A stretch of 64,000 nt of DNA from Schmidtea nova (GCA_044892505.1 CM097882.1:293632001-293696000); one strand, 5' to 3'. Counted from the stretch's first letter, positions 22,201-28,148 are shown. Program-made: numbers and translations. The notes: a model not told the origin generated them from the sequence alone.

Positions 22201-24189
22201 GCAACATCAAAAGGAATAACAAGGAAACTCGAATTCAGGGAACTAAGCCAAACGAATGAACAAATGGACGTAGAAAAAACAATAACCGACCCTCAAGCAA
22301 AATGGACACCCGAAGAAGTTATCAAGGAAGTCAAAAGAAAGCAAGAGGAACGGGAACAATTAATGAGAAAACTAAAGGGACAATACGGAATAATGTTCAA
22401 CCAAAGCGAATCTATACAAACAGACGAGAATAAAGAAATTAAAGAACTAATTGGCTTAGGAATATTAACAGCGACCATACCAGTAATAATCGCGTTATCA
22501 GCTATATGGATACGCAAGATAAACCCAAAGAAATCGGTAACCCAAGGGACAAATAGAGACAGTACAAGCCATGGAGTGGAAATGCTAGAAGAAGAAGCAC
22601 GAGAAGAACCAAAAAAGAAAGAAGCAAAAAGCGGAAAACTAGGAATAAACAACAAAGACAAGGAAATAAAAGAGATTAAAGGAGAAGAGAAAAAATATGA
22701 AAGGCGAACCAGAAGCCTACCGCAGAGTTCAAAATGGTTGGGTCTAACAATAATATTGACATTAATCAATAGGGAAGAAGCAACAAACCTACAAGCAGGG
22801 ATAAAAATAGTAAATGTCCAGGAGGTCGAGAAAATATGCTGGAATAGAGAGGATGAACCAATTGGGAAAGATAACCCACTAAAATGCATAATCAGAAAAT
22901 CCGACCAGGATATAGTACGAATAGAAGGGATGGACAGAGGAATCATGCATCGGATATGTATAATAGGAAAGGAAAAGAAGTCAGGGCTACCTAAGACAGT
23001 CGTATGCCAGAAATATGAAACACCTAGACTTGAATGGTATAGAGTAAAACCAACAAAGAAAGAAATCAAAAACACAATAGATCAACCAGCAACTCAGATA
23101 AGAAACACAACGGATAAACCAGGAGAAGGAGAGAAAAGCACCAATAAAACGAGAGAAAGAATATCACCCCAACAGGAGTGCGTATGCATAGCATTAATAC
23201 TAGCAATGTCCAAACGTATCGATAAAGGAATAATAATAGAACAAATGGCCATAACAATAAGGAAAACAAGTAGCAACAAACTATGCTGGGGAACATACAA
23301 CGAACCAAGGAAGGAATACCAAGTTCAGACAAGCGACGAATCACGAACAAACAAGGAAATCGAAATACAAGAAATACAAATGAATGAAGAAGGAAGTATA
23401 TGTATCTGGGAGAAAGGAATCCAAGAGGGAATAGAGCATTGCAAGACATTCCAAAAAGGAGAGATACTGAAATTCGATGAAGAAGAATTAACAAGGACAG
23501 AAAGAACTCTGACATTAACAGGACTCGATCAGACAGTTAAAGGAATATGTTGGACAAAGCATAACCCAGAAGGGGAAGAAGACAACCTAACCCACTGTAG
23601 AGAAATAAAGAATAAAGAAAAAGTCGAATTAAAGAAAATGGAAGTAAATAGGACATACGCGATATGTACCTTCACCAGAAAAGGTTCAGAAAAACCAGAA
23701 TGCGGATTATATCAGATCTCAGAGAAACTACAACAACAGATCGAACCAGGAAACGTGGAAAACCGAACAAAAGAAAATAACGTCAAACAACTACTAAACC
23801 GCCATTGGTCTACACAAGAAGTAATGAACAAAGTTAAGAGTCAAATACAGAAAGAGAAGAAGCCAGAGGCTCAAACCCAAAATGAGATAAAAGCGAATCA
23901 GAAGAAAATCAAAGCAACAAACCGTGGAAAAACAGTAATAGGACTAATCAGTATAGGAATATTAATAGCATATGGGATAATGACGACAAGCATGATAATA
24001 TATTGGAGATACAGAAAGAAAAACAAAGCGACAGCCATACAATGGCCAGATATTAAAATTATGAAGCAAAGAATAGAAATACCAGAAGAGATACAGCAAG
24101 AATTCCAAAGAAGAACGAAAGGTAAAGAATTCTGGAAACAAATAGAAGATGAAGAACGATACGAGGAAAAGACGATAATGATGGTATAG
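7246..24189 (+). CDS. Element B polyprotein (~5650 aa): Gag-UBLs-Bcl2-like-Env-PR-RT-RH-IN-ANK-FN3/TM modules
   Basis: Single stop-free frame from 7213 to 24189; first ATG only at 7723. Domains are listed separately. Confidence 0.97.
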   Translation: MRKGAKSVVIKPTEKKVGSNINKKDKTSTTTKKQKAGKDNPQGSKARKIIRDKSIIENDKLSVVSNSSSNKENQAEPKESQTSEIEVDETNNDNIEELESEVEQEVEINESDNDSIISDHEVIRETESDSSSSGTEDEHNNELETRGNESKITQDSGIEMSEPREEIKDKFSGEPFNGDASKLEIFLKEFGIFVEVCKWKAETTASRIQLYLKECALDLYLEAKNGTNPPADWPAIKDFFQQTFGINRVLSEAFIEFSMRKQKMNESNAVYASELKKLAKSVFKDGSPINEELMAAIFIGGLRRPDIRAQVGCQGCKTIDQALETANRFELHMIGSEGRIYLAMDTAQTEPEVNLNNHIPNSQQLNRPPPQRRNEGNKVQNFENQNNYNPQRQTKQCKTCGKLGHWQQECYQNLNCGKCGVKGHSESRCSTIICFNCGRPGHYSRNCGQKSNQRGNWQSNGNRPNYGNQANTVNRPDYGNQQVNNNNNQNKTTPKEIHLMQEVQRLTELINNTTRGNPQTNQQQISMMRKIESENERLNRESQARHAQEWARIQREDEQKQQERERQPLRINMLRATNQTDTREKETTLEMNSIDPNPADNESRKEIVQKDEEVEKETKKEVETEINQEGGKEIWKKGMMVIMPNDHMFRFQYNAKEKVEILFNKVNQMIPGVTKLPREAFLQIGDAPSVKLKLTDIWENVGVTETKRNVMRIKEIEPEEIPPPIRHETRIRRIFEGKMIRRRLKEIDELGKKMEKVEVIEDKSEPTQEIDKNEPEPTENIQGETNQTAHINMLRNTTREFSDEEEDSDISSLAGDILNESEDENKEREVIKTSEPTQIKVDEIQKLLDNSLEVIYNEEFMDKKQYRKFMKALLQMNYKEWLQDREVDMLNRYVGKLIEEPLLNYTISIIINTSTPRIWIKTPFTDDIYRWVEDRLGSSYKNKFIYSQNRLVKKRTHLVETGIWPGEITLLSICDEKEEENLQEVAREANTCFERRIKPRLEYEKERVLRKNLNFLIEQIIPQVKKHRKELMRSEYEKLKRCIECIRDTSHTRWSQISHDKLIAKMGKTMFRQGKITDLKISVELPNEDTKEIEVVADCTIKELINVINETLVQREPEDEWEDDIIIQYNEHVLWDHDERRLYKIGIWDNHQTIHVSRMDDTPRETAKDEKRERERRKEVVRKLQQIVEIYRNWRIWPEWENVLEQLNLNRRIRTPVEKQWNEKGKCWEPKEGEYEEEYKRGIEDDCEPEIGRVCMVTRKATPIDLDGPETAAMWLEREKQKTEEFVEILKTNEHGKRKLIKGLADFFVVNGEDITCLRKVAKAIAEYKRVNEWCPEQLDHVIRKWRNQEFSQEIPQKVHLRIIYPNKDKEELWVGIAEKIRDIKKKLRYEPPFHLQHQGRSLDNSLEIGITPAQLDLMNTLTVEAIAGQPLKRKEENHKPHGSISTPSPMKSVLTPGTSSRRSETTPRGTRERTPPQPYDVDEILTDSDDMIEELTELTREKDDNIFERIQELPTTIQVTNTGEAEVEEEIIIEEVNDLTEDETRGANVENVQLTQEMERWLEERANEPRDVTEETGRATRFVEIGTGMDKRPRGRPKTDPATVVIRNKDEKRQDQWELCLKKLNKIAEMKEKETTPICQGEEWISKTIMELLAIIDPELRKYWRITEISEKAKSLHSAIAPILPEFIKEKTKSNHLDWQGTTMLIKKLTEGAETDNKYVIAIAYTIYNLLTLSRGRPKPTALERHIKNTAKIIAREIEPYVINKGGWETFIKTNQKKTQAKNMKKKFEKILEELGKEQAGTGNAKSSMNLSAIIMMMLIWMISTDSATAFEVFDCDQMKLGEKYSLRGTEQCKDATPVELQKIKKEQWYHVYQEAELIKTMVNECKVQKTRFAFYCGRGHYSAIVMPGTEREPIVLQGEDCEALFKHGEVTTRDKIKIRGKPGMMMQQTYYVAGRITGGEGYCQGETYPIFGVPATNLVVMDTYIVELKSYEAFFEPTTGEMKTLSMCKIDRSMCQTGMSTLVYKPKVNECQLQLLQGAQFDEIQGKTFQEEDDDDKARAKHLKEALENKRQLKPDHREKRIEMRATPTVLITTNQDVGMRFIKGKATLKCSTTVYETNYPGIYVSKQEVPNAKPKIDTMDIKLHLYVNNKMDFLFHRGQASLQKVYYDLINNDCILNREILKTKLAVAITNPDSAMPLLPLREGHFGRVVGEAMYVYICEKTHASLAATTQLKPGTCTNELEIDYKGKVRYVQPVTRIINPPGFEPNPFNCSNAYGPLYQKPDGKWVMFPGRSEVIAPREFELMQLSKDRQFSDVDVSNNGIYSPKDLEAARQNILFPARREALLSNIVTITGGTNYQEGPNYELLLSPAHFKKATENMMKAMWGRFLIFGQMMAGILGVILIIQIVRVIITQMLACFDIYKREKKVNWKMVVGFLPFLAKTMVLHGHSKDIHRIKRLLKILAKMKGTDEEVGRKFKKIMDDEQARQQLKRERKGLWERMKGYKTQNDSSDDDDDDDDYKGGQVYKNQAPQYIEKNPADAWKCYAPPPTMYQEPLQGGKNSTMQMMPMTNVYPMIPEDYKMRRCRSVDPQGDTHTIAVMSSNTGPVLTTTIEINGREIEAMIDTGANISAIDIKWIPQEQRREIERTNVHVIACSKEVVEVAGRWWVKIRHLNTEIDTYVAVIPALSVPCIIGTDLMPALFKEIVIDLGTMRLKDRTGQICAIEAKVTSSKQMIIPARKEKICYVKIDPTIQGDMIFEPSKRFEKRKALPMARGLVNINDDGEIPINVVNFDEEDKIIYENERLGKLTPMMDIELPIEGAEKDKEPTWNIDSELLNEDQRKQLEKLLIEYKDIFAASDLDLGTCDVTLHTIPLTDETPIALRPYKLAEAQKAVAEAEVKKMLDAEVIEPSCSPWQFPVVMVKKKDGTQRFCIDYRRLNTVTKRDTYPLPDINEMLLTLQGAAYFTSLDLKSGYWQIKMKEEDKEKTAFTIGRDLYQFRKMPFGLTNAPASFQRCMNFVTHGIKQCMVYIDDLLIYSSTFEQHIQDIRDVFVRLRQWKLKLKPSKCDWAKEKVTFLGHIVSAKGKEPDPRNIDKVKECPVPKTITQIQEFLGLCGYYRKFIKDYAGIAKPIQELVKKDVSFIWGDEQQTAFETLRDKLITAPILVHPDFKKPFLLATDASGYAAGAVLGQYDDEGKERVIGYYSRTFKKHEKNYSVTEREALAIILAIKHFKYLLWGHIICITTDHQPLVWLGQHKETSSRLMRWAMQLQEYSPDIKFKSGRANANADCMSRLTFPELTDPDVQRICVLIAEDLDFSELKKDQQEDKELGQIIEFLTSRNMEVFKDNKELKEHIGKYQHRYIINKGWLLIQDGEKRLMCLPENRRKEIMIQYHDGKLGGHMSEKKTINRMRQKYYWRTMEEDIKEWIKNCLTCATRKDSGKKWKNPLQPMPIPAEPMTTIAMDVIGPLPESLNGNIYILVITDYLTKFPEAFAMQDQKAKTVAKILVEDICCRYGTPKQILTDQGTNFMSELLNEVTNYFRIAKLRTSPYHPQTNGQTERFNGTLIRMLSNYVSRHQTDWDEYIKLCLMAYRMSIHAATKLSPFQLMYGRECNMPIDLEYQPPLSQYMEDDDYVTKFKERMQEIWKTAELNIKFYQESYKDLHDQKKNVKANDLKPGDWVIIETPEIIPGTVKKLQRPGRGPYEIIYKKDNNVKVKLINRPLIRPIYVNTCRCKKVPKTITTTPENRIITRSQTARINMLRANATKGDKAEIRQKEIRNKEIILKAREIMGRWHVRDEAGISRDIRHIISRYAQGLPTEPIISELLEKIPEILLLKDVGGQPALHNAIECKNIERAKEFLKIAKETNQNLDVGNRKQETPLMTAAIHQADKEMIDLLIKAHFSWTERDREDKTVLNHVIWSSHQPMLKYIIANSTWEIDELVKGDIIKEAIKIGKCNTIRKLIKWKRPEDDTWVLDINEVYSEGQNALLRYLLKFTCDQKTLLTLLDRGNINITKNEEEYKFDKEKEALFNKIRKWCAKPLDKLITYKDISNFNEKYQTIVSEYEELVKILNHPEKCKQVLEKKERESNKKLTPLFKAEAPYQARLDAIQEKAKELLPEFENSKHALEILGALVEKVHAYAKGTYNGNDIVIIKKEMPVTFLLPKDGIMPIHRALRNGKDRKVMEIARVMLNCGSNMNMIDEKGDTLMVFAARAKTKTKVLEELYKAGAGLTGKTDKDNSILDVALLTHNWEMVNFIKTVPNQEEIDHLTDTVKKPSVLAMMNNVELTESILTWINPNTNEPAFRINKFTEHNQNWCIRSALITYKWPEILKMFMERKDLRITTSPKEEKYTGKWKELMKTYINNWIKAKKEILEHKSTNKVIPEQVETQEFEASNLTTLAYAKLIEEINVEDDIFDEPGGDDNTDSDDDNNSENSSDHEPPDKEDNERKDKKRDKEEKKNEDEKQKDEDGEQGKNDQGNKNDTQRTGYKSTIKPFFKPELLLLTMIITLINPSQGMTCEERAIIQIKNAKGIERVCWSKKDKTTEQNSPMDCRISKHEQEIIEINDLDLDTWYKICTVRKQKHPRSHNTIACAKYQTPKAAMTIQQSPKGDYIIGKCGRTETQGTENKKPQAIDKQTTPTLRITIERPETRIATNETERVSYQMEVLCLALILIMIKRLKEGIEIETMTITEVEDTQNTNIKCWARNNEEIGVNEIRKSRKPTTNKVIKVSKVKADKTYKLCLLEKETNKKGTTKCKTFQPGEVIKFRRRTRKRNKQIKRKVNITLEIKEIEPNVKGVCWRKYEKETNKRTTPQCQTSTGATTIQIKGLESKQTYEICLVKKNDQITINDLECGIHTTSSGTRTKTLTRKNKRKQRNKEKPKYTTTFKNNKQPISQEATTKPEGKTSATLTLWKIENKTLEICWIIVQKHIRRQSRECRKTNKEIKIEKLQFNSEYEVCTIEKTDALGNQQERCETYYTPANATSKGITRKLEFRELSQTNEQMDVEKTITDPQAKWTPEEVIKEVKRKQEEREQLMRKLKGQYGIMFNQSESIQTDENKEIKELIGLGILTATIPVIIALSAIWIRKINPKKSVTQGTNRDSTSHGVEMLEEEAREEPKKKEAKSGKLGINNKDKEIKEIKGEEKKYERRTRSLPQSSKWLGLTIILTLINREEATNLQAGIKIVNVQEVEKICWNREDEPIGKDNPLKCIIRKSDQDIVRIEGMDRGIMHRICIIGKEKKSGLPKTVVCQKYETPRLEWYRVKPTKKEIKNTIDQPATQIRNTTDKPGEGEKSTNKTRERISPQQECVCIALILAMSKRIDKGIIIEQMAITIRKTSSNKLCWGTYNEPRKEYQVQTSDESRTNKEIEIQEIQMNEEGSICIWEKGIQEGIEHCKTFQKGEILKFDEEELTRTERTLTLTGLDQTVKGICWTKHNPEGEEDNLTHCREIKNKEKVELKKMEVNRTYAICTFTRKGSEKPECGLYQISEKLQQQIEPGNVENRTKENNVKQLLNRHWSTQEVMNKVKSQIQKEKKPEAQTQNEIKANQKKIKATNRGKTVIGLISIGILIAYGIMTTSMIIYWRYRKKNKATAIQWPDIKIMKQRIEIPEEIQQEFQRRTKGKEFWKQIEDEERYEEKTIMMV
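7744..8586 (+). other. Gag capsid-like region plus three CCHC zinc knuckles (8434-8586)
   Basis: EPFNGDASKLEIFLKEF...FSMRKQKMNESNAVYASELKKLA; CKTCGKLGHWQQEC, CGKCGVKGHSESRC, CFNCGRPGHYSRNC. Confidence 0.92.
9157..11525 (+). other. Up to four ubiquitin-like (beta-grasp) domains separated by helical segments
   Basis: LKISVELPNEDTKEIEVVADCTIKELIN..IIIQYNEHVL..RLYKIGI (10477-10715) and HLRIIYPNKDKEELWVGIAEKIRDIKKKL..HLQHQGRSL (11320-11525) follow the ubiquitin pattern. Copies at ~9157-9380 and ~9960-10165 are weaker. Confidence 0.55.
12100..12570 (+). other. Bcl-2-like domain
   Basis: BH2-like YVINKGGWETF (Bcl-xL: WIQENGGWDTF) preceded by BH1-like LTEGAETDNKYVIAIAYTIYNL in an all-helical segment. 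Confidence 0.7.
12673..14490 (+). other. Envelope glycoprotein, class III fusion (chuvirus/gB-like) type, with internal signal peptide and TM anchor
   Basis: Signal MNLSAIIMMMLIWMISTDSATA|FEVFDC..YSL...C, matching the (A/G)YDC..SL...C start of chuvirus-like glycoproteins. Cys-rich ~550-aa ectodomain. TM FLIFGQMMAGILGVILIIQIVRVII (14413-14487). Cysteines conserved in element C env. Confidence 0.75.
15050..15410 (+). other. Aspartic protease
   Basis: AMIDTGANISAI at 15121; CIIGTDL flap/C-terminal motif. Confidence 0.95.
15850..17135 (+). other. Reverse transcriptase plus RNase H (Ty3/gypsy type)
   Basis: RFCIDYRRLN, YWQI, MPFGLTNAPASFQR, YIDD (16336), LATDASG, YSVTEREALAI, TDHQPL. Confidence 0.98.
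17400..18450 (+). other. Integrase (HHCC plus D,D35E)
   Basis: H..GGH...CLTC; D at 17638, D at 17818, E at 17926 (35-residue spacing). Confidence 0.97.
18770..20260 (+). other. Two blocks of ankyrin repeats
   Basis: GQPALHNAIE, QETPLMTAAI, DKTVLNHVI; GIMPIHRALR, GDTLMVFAAR, DNSILDVALL. Confidence 0.85.
20750..24189 (+). other. Two tandem paralogous membrane modules with FN3-like repeats (4+3)
   Basis: Repeated I.(G/D)L...(T)Y.IC motifs (IEINDLDLDTWYKICTV, IQIKGLESKQTYEICLV, IKIEKLQFNSEYEVCTI, VELKKMEVNRTYAICTF). Signal-like LLLLTMIITLINP / LGLTIILTLINR. TMs at ~22450-22510 and ~23935-24005. Confidence 0.65.
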
Positions 24190-24314
24190 GGGCGGATTAT
24201 GACTGTAAATAATAGTGTAAATAACAAAGCATTACCGTAATAGTATGGGTATCGATATTATAAAAATTGTAAAAAGATAGAAAAACAAAGTAAATGATGT
24301 ATATAATTTAGAAA

Positions 24315-24671
24315 ATGACCGAACAGGACGAAACAACTGAAATAACTATGGCTATGAGATGGAAGGCACAATGTGATTTATTAGTACGAACAGTCAACTC
24401 ATTACAGAACCAATTAGCGGAAAGACAAATGTTATTATCAGAAAGTTATAACAATTGTTTCGAACAATTACACAGAATAGAGGAACAACAAAGAGCGATA
24501 ACTGAACTCACCAGAGAAAATCAAACGATAAACAACACCAATCAAAGACAAGCAATAGAAATAAACCATTTAACACGAGGAGAAAGAGAAGGATCCGAAG
24601 AAGGATGGATGAGTTGGGTAATAAATAGATTAAACAACGAAGCGGAACCAGATTCAACGAATGAGCCATAG
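24315..24671 (+). CDS. Accessory coiled-coil ORF (118 aa), unknown function
   Basis: ATG 3 nt after TTTAG; heptad-rich; same codon style as the polyprotein. Confidence 0.7.
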   Translation: MTEQDETTEITMAMRWKAQCDLLVRTVNSLQNQLAERQMLLSESYNNCFEQLHRIEEQQRAITELTRENQTINNTNQRQAIEINHLTRGEREGSEEGWMSWVINRLNNEAEPDSTNEP

Positions 24672-24763
24672 ATAAATAAAGCGGAAAATTGTAAATATGT
24701 AAAAATAAAAACAAGAAAAACCAAAAATAAATGACAAGTCGAATGTATATATTATTGTAGAAA

Positions 24764-26140
24764 ATGGACAGAGAAGAACGAATAATCGAAATTTTGAGAC
24801 TAGAAAACAGAAAATGGAGTAAGAGGCTCACATGCGGGAAGTGTAACAATTTATTACGAGAACCCAGACAAACGATATGTGGATGTAGAATATGTACAAA
24901 ATGTATACAAGAATTGGATGCAACAGGAATAACAACATGCCCAGAATGTAAAGAAGGAGGAATAGTGTTGGACGAAACCAGAACGGACAAAGCAACCCAA
25001 AGAGAAATTATGAGCACCACAACGGAGTGCGTAAATACACCTTGTACATGGCAAGGACAAATAAGTAATCTGGAAAACCATATGGAAAAATGCGAGGAAA
25101 AGAGAGCCGAATGCGAGAAATGCCAACAGACAATAACTCTAAAGAAGAGAGAACAACACAAGGAAGAATGTAAAGAAGAAGAAATCGCATGCGAGTATTG
25201 TGAAGCCCGAGAAACAAGGAGAAAAATCGAAGAAGAACACTTGAATATAACAGAGGAGAAAGTATGCGGACAATATGTAAGTAAATGTCCAAACAATTGT
25301 GAAATAACAGAAGAAATAAAATTACATGAACATTGGAAACTATGTACCGAAAGGCCAAGAGAATGCCCATATAACAAGCATGGATGCAAGGAAAAGCGGA
25401 CGCGAAAAACAATGCAACAACATCTAGAAGAAGCAGCACTAACGCATGTGGAAATGACAAACGAAACGACTAAAGAAACGGAACGGACAATTCAGAAATT
25501 AGAAAAAGAAGTAGAATCACATAAAATAATGATGAGTTTACTACTAGAAACAAGAGAGCAGTTTGAACTAACTCGCGAAAGAATGGAAAAGAAAATAATA
25601 GCCATAGAAGAATTAGGAAAAGGAATGAAAATACAATATAATCAATTAATACGAGAAATTGACGAAAGAATGGACTTACCAATCGCACCTTACCTATGGA
25701 AAGTAACAGATTTCAGAGACAAATTAGCAGAAGCCAGAAATATGACGAAAACAGCAGTAATAAGCCCACCATTTTATTTATGGAAAAACGGGGTTAAAAT
25801 AAGATTGAAAGTATACCCAAATGGAGACGGAAGAGGACAAGGAACACACGTGTCAATATTCTTCTCACTATGTAAAGGAGAATACGATGACCTAATAGAA
25901 TGGCCCTTGAAAATAGGAGTCATTATAAGAATCAAAAGTACGGGAGAACCAGTAGAAAAGTTCTTTGAAACAGACAAACATTCGAGTACGAGCGAAAAGC
26001 CAACGACAGAATGCGGACTAGCAGCAGGAGAACCAATGTTTATAAGGAAAGAAAACCTATGGGAGCAACTATATGCAGACACGCTATACATAGAGATGGA
26101 GAGGCATGAGAAAGCAGACAGAAAAGGATGGTTGGCGTAA
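24764..26140 (+). CDS. Full-length intronless TRAF-family protein (RING, TRAF zinc fingers, coiled coil, MATH)
   Basis: CGKCNNLLREPRQTICGCRICTKC..CPEC; CPYNKHGC..MQQHLEE; YLWKVTDF..SPPFY..LKVYPNGDGRGQGTHVSIFFSLCKGEYDDLIEWP. Confidence 0.95.
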   Translation: MDREERIIEILRLENRKWSKRLTCGKCNNLLREPRQTICGCRICTKCIQELDATGITTCPECKEGGIVLDETRTDKATQREIMSTTTECVNTPCTWQGQISNLENHMEKCEEKRAECEKCQQTITLKKREQHKEECKEEEIACEYCEARETRRKIEEEHLNITEEKVCGQYVSKCPNNCEITEEIKLHEHWKLCTERPRECPYNKHGCKEKRTRKTMQQHLEEAALTHVEMTNETTKETERTIQKLEKEVESHKIMMSLLLETREQFELTRERMEKKIIAIEELGKGMKIQYNQLIREIDERMDLPIAPYLWKVTDFRDKLAEARNMTKTAVISPPFYLWKNGVKIRLKVYPNGDGRGQGTHVSIFFSLCKGEYDDLIEWPLKIGVIIRIKSTGEPVEKFFETDKHSSTSEKPTTECGLAAGEPMFIRKENLWEQLYADTLYIEMERHEKADRKGWLA

Positions 26141-26253
26141 TGAAGGAAGTAACCATGTAAATAAAATGTATAGAAACAATATGAATTAACAAATAATCAA
26201 AAACAATAAAAAATAAAAAATGATTAAATATTCTTTTATCTGTAATTATAGAA

Positions 26254-27315
26254 ATGGGAAATATAGAAGTAACCTTACAAGAAGTAACAGTACATCAAGA
26301 CGAAATGATCAGAAATCACATGGAGCGGATTGGGATATGGATTCATGCCTATTATCGAAAACAGGAGGAATTGGAAAGACAAACCCAAGCACTAAGAGAA
26401 GCCGAGAAAACGAATCAAAGAAGTCGAGAAAAAATAGAAGAAGTCTACAAACTGCTAAGGCAACAAAATGAATACTACAAAGAGATGATGAAAGAGCGAC
26501 GAGAGGATAGAGATAGACAACAGATAAAAACCGACCATAAGATTCAGTCAATCACAGAACAAGCAAGATATTGGAAGAAAGAGGCAAAAGACTCTTACAA
26601 GGAAGCAAGGGAGATAATAGAACGAACAGCGTACAGCGATGATTGGAAACTGTTTAAAGAGATCGATGAATTAAAAGAGGAATTAGGGCAAAAGATCAGT
26701 CAAGAAGCGTCAAATAAAGTATGGAGTAAGAAAAGACAACAATTTATCAGAGAACAAGCCAAGAAAATAAAAGAATTAACTTATCAAGTACAAAGAATGG
26801 GAGAAGATTTAGCCAATCAAGAACAATTAAAAGGTATGCTGACCGGAATGTGGAATCACAAGGAAGAAAACATGAAAAGAGACATAAATGGATATCAAGG
26901 AGTGATCACCCAGAAGAAAATAGAATTAAAAAGAACTAAAGAAAGAATGGAAGAAACGAGGCAGAATTATGAAGAGAACATAACAAATTTGACAAAAGAA
27001 AACGAAGAACTGAGAAAGAAGTTGGCAGAAAAACCAACACCAATAAAAGAAACAAGTATCACAGCAGCAGTGACCGAAATGATGGAGAAGGAAGAGAGAG
27101 AGAGAAAATTGGCAGAACTAGAAAAACAAATTGAAACCCTAACAGAACAGGCGAACTATCTGGAATACTTATTAGATGAAGAGATCCAGATATCCCACAC
27201 ATACCGAGAAGAAGTCGAAATGTGGAGGAGCACGGTAATATGGATGCCACTCCCCATAAATCAGGTGGAACCTCAAGACGAAGGTTTTTACGAACCCAAC
27301 GAAACCCTTGTATAA
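26254..27315 (+). CDS. Accessory long coiled-coil ORF (353 aa), unknown function
   Basis: ATG after TATAG|AA; charged helical heptads throughout. Confidence 0.75.
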   Translation: MGNIEVTLQEVTVHQDEMIRNHMERIGIWIHAYYRKQEELERQTQALREAEKTNQRSREKIEEVYKLLRQQNEYYKEMMKERREDRDRQQIKTDHKIQSITEQARYWKKEAKDSYKEAREIIERTAYSDDWKLFKEIDELKEELGQKISQEASNKVWSKKRQQFIREQAKKIKELTYQVQRMGEDLANQEQLKGMLTGMWNHKEENMKRDINGYQGVITQKKIELKRTKERMEETRQNYEENITNLTKENEELRKKLAEKPTPIKETSITAAVTEMMEKEERERKLAELEKQIETLTEQANYLEYLLDEEIQISHTYREEVEMWRSTVIWMPLPINQVEPQDEGFYEPNETLV

Positions 27316-27390
27316 ATGTGCGAAAACCAAGTGTAAATAAATTATGTAAAATAAAAAGTGTCAAGCTGTATTGACCGATGTATAAAAGAA

Positions 27391-27960
27391 ATGAGAAAGC
27401 TCGCAATAGCAACACTCCTATGGTTAACAACCATTACCCTACAGAGAGAAGATCTACAACTAACCGAAACCCAATTACGAGTTCTACCCGACAAAACCTA
27501 TCAGAAAGTAGACAGCCTAATCGAAGAAGTAATTAAAGAAATCAACGAATTCCGACAGAAATTCCCCCACAATCAAGATCGTCAAATCCAACAAATCTTC
27601 GATAATCAACAACTGAAACTAGAAGAAACCCGAAAAATCCGGAAAGAAGGTAGAGAACCCATAAAAAGCCTATCCCAAGCTGAAATAGAATATCAAGAGA
27701 AATGGATCATAGCAATCATCATAATCCTAGCAGTCAGCACAACTATCATCGCAATCACAATCCTGCTTGCCTCATATAGAATAAAAATCCTAAAACAAAA
27801 GCAGAAAATCTACAACCAAACCTCCAGACGAGATAACCGAGCTCAAAGACGAATAAGGAGCCATCTCAACCATATTCAAACCCACTACGAGCTACAAATG
27901 ATCAACGAGAGGACCCGAACTCAACCCCAAGCGAGCCAGACGATCGAACAAATTGTATAA
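27391..27960 (+). CDS. Accessory type I membrane protein (signal, helical ectodomain, TM, basic tail)
   Basis: MRKLAIATLLWLTTITLQ signal-like start; TM WIIAIIIILAVSTTIIAITILLASY. The ORF track starts it at GTG 27358. Confidence 0.7.
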   Translation: MRKLAIATLLWLTTITLQREDLQLTETQLRVLPDKTYQKVDSLIEEVIKEINEFRQKFPHNQDRQIQQIFDNQQLKLEETRKIRKEGREPIKSLSQAEIEYQEKWIIAIIIILAVSTTIIAITILLASYRIKILKQKQKIYNQTSRRDNRAQRRIRSHLNHIQTHYELQMINERTRTQPQASQTIEQIV

Positions 27961-28148
27961 ACATTATGATAACTTATCGAACTATTGTGACAAATCATTA
28001 CATTTTGACTATTTAGTGACAAACTTTATGATATGTATAAATTCGATCACCTTATGTGATTTTTTTCTTTGCATGTATAACTTTATAAAACTTTTTATGG
28101 ATGATGAATATAAGTACTTATGTATAATTAATTGCGGGACGCAATTTT

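Noticed and set aside
7161-27430. Many minus-strand ORFs opposite the B genes (e.g. 19245-20021, 22293-23075, 24508-25389)
   Set aside because: F/L/S-rich shadows of an A-rich sense strand; no motifs or conservation.
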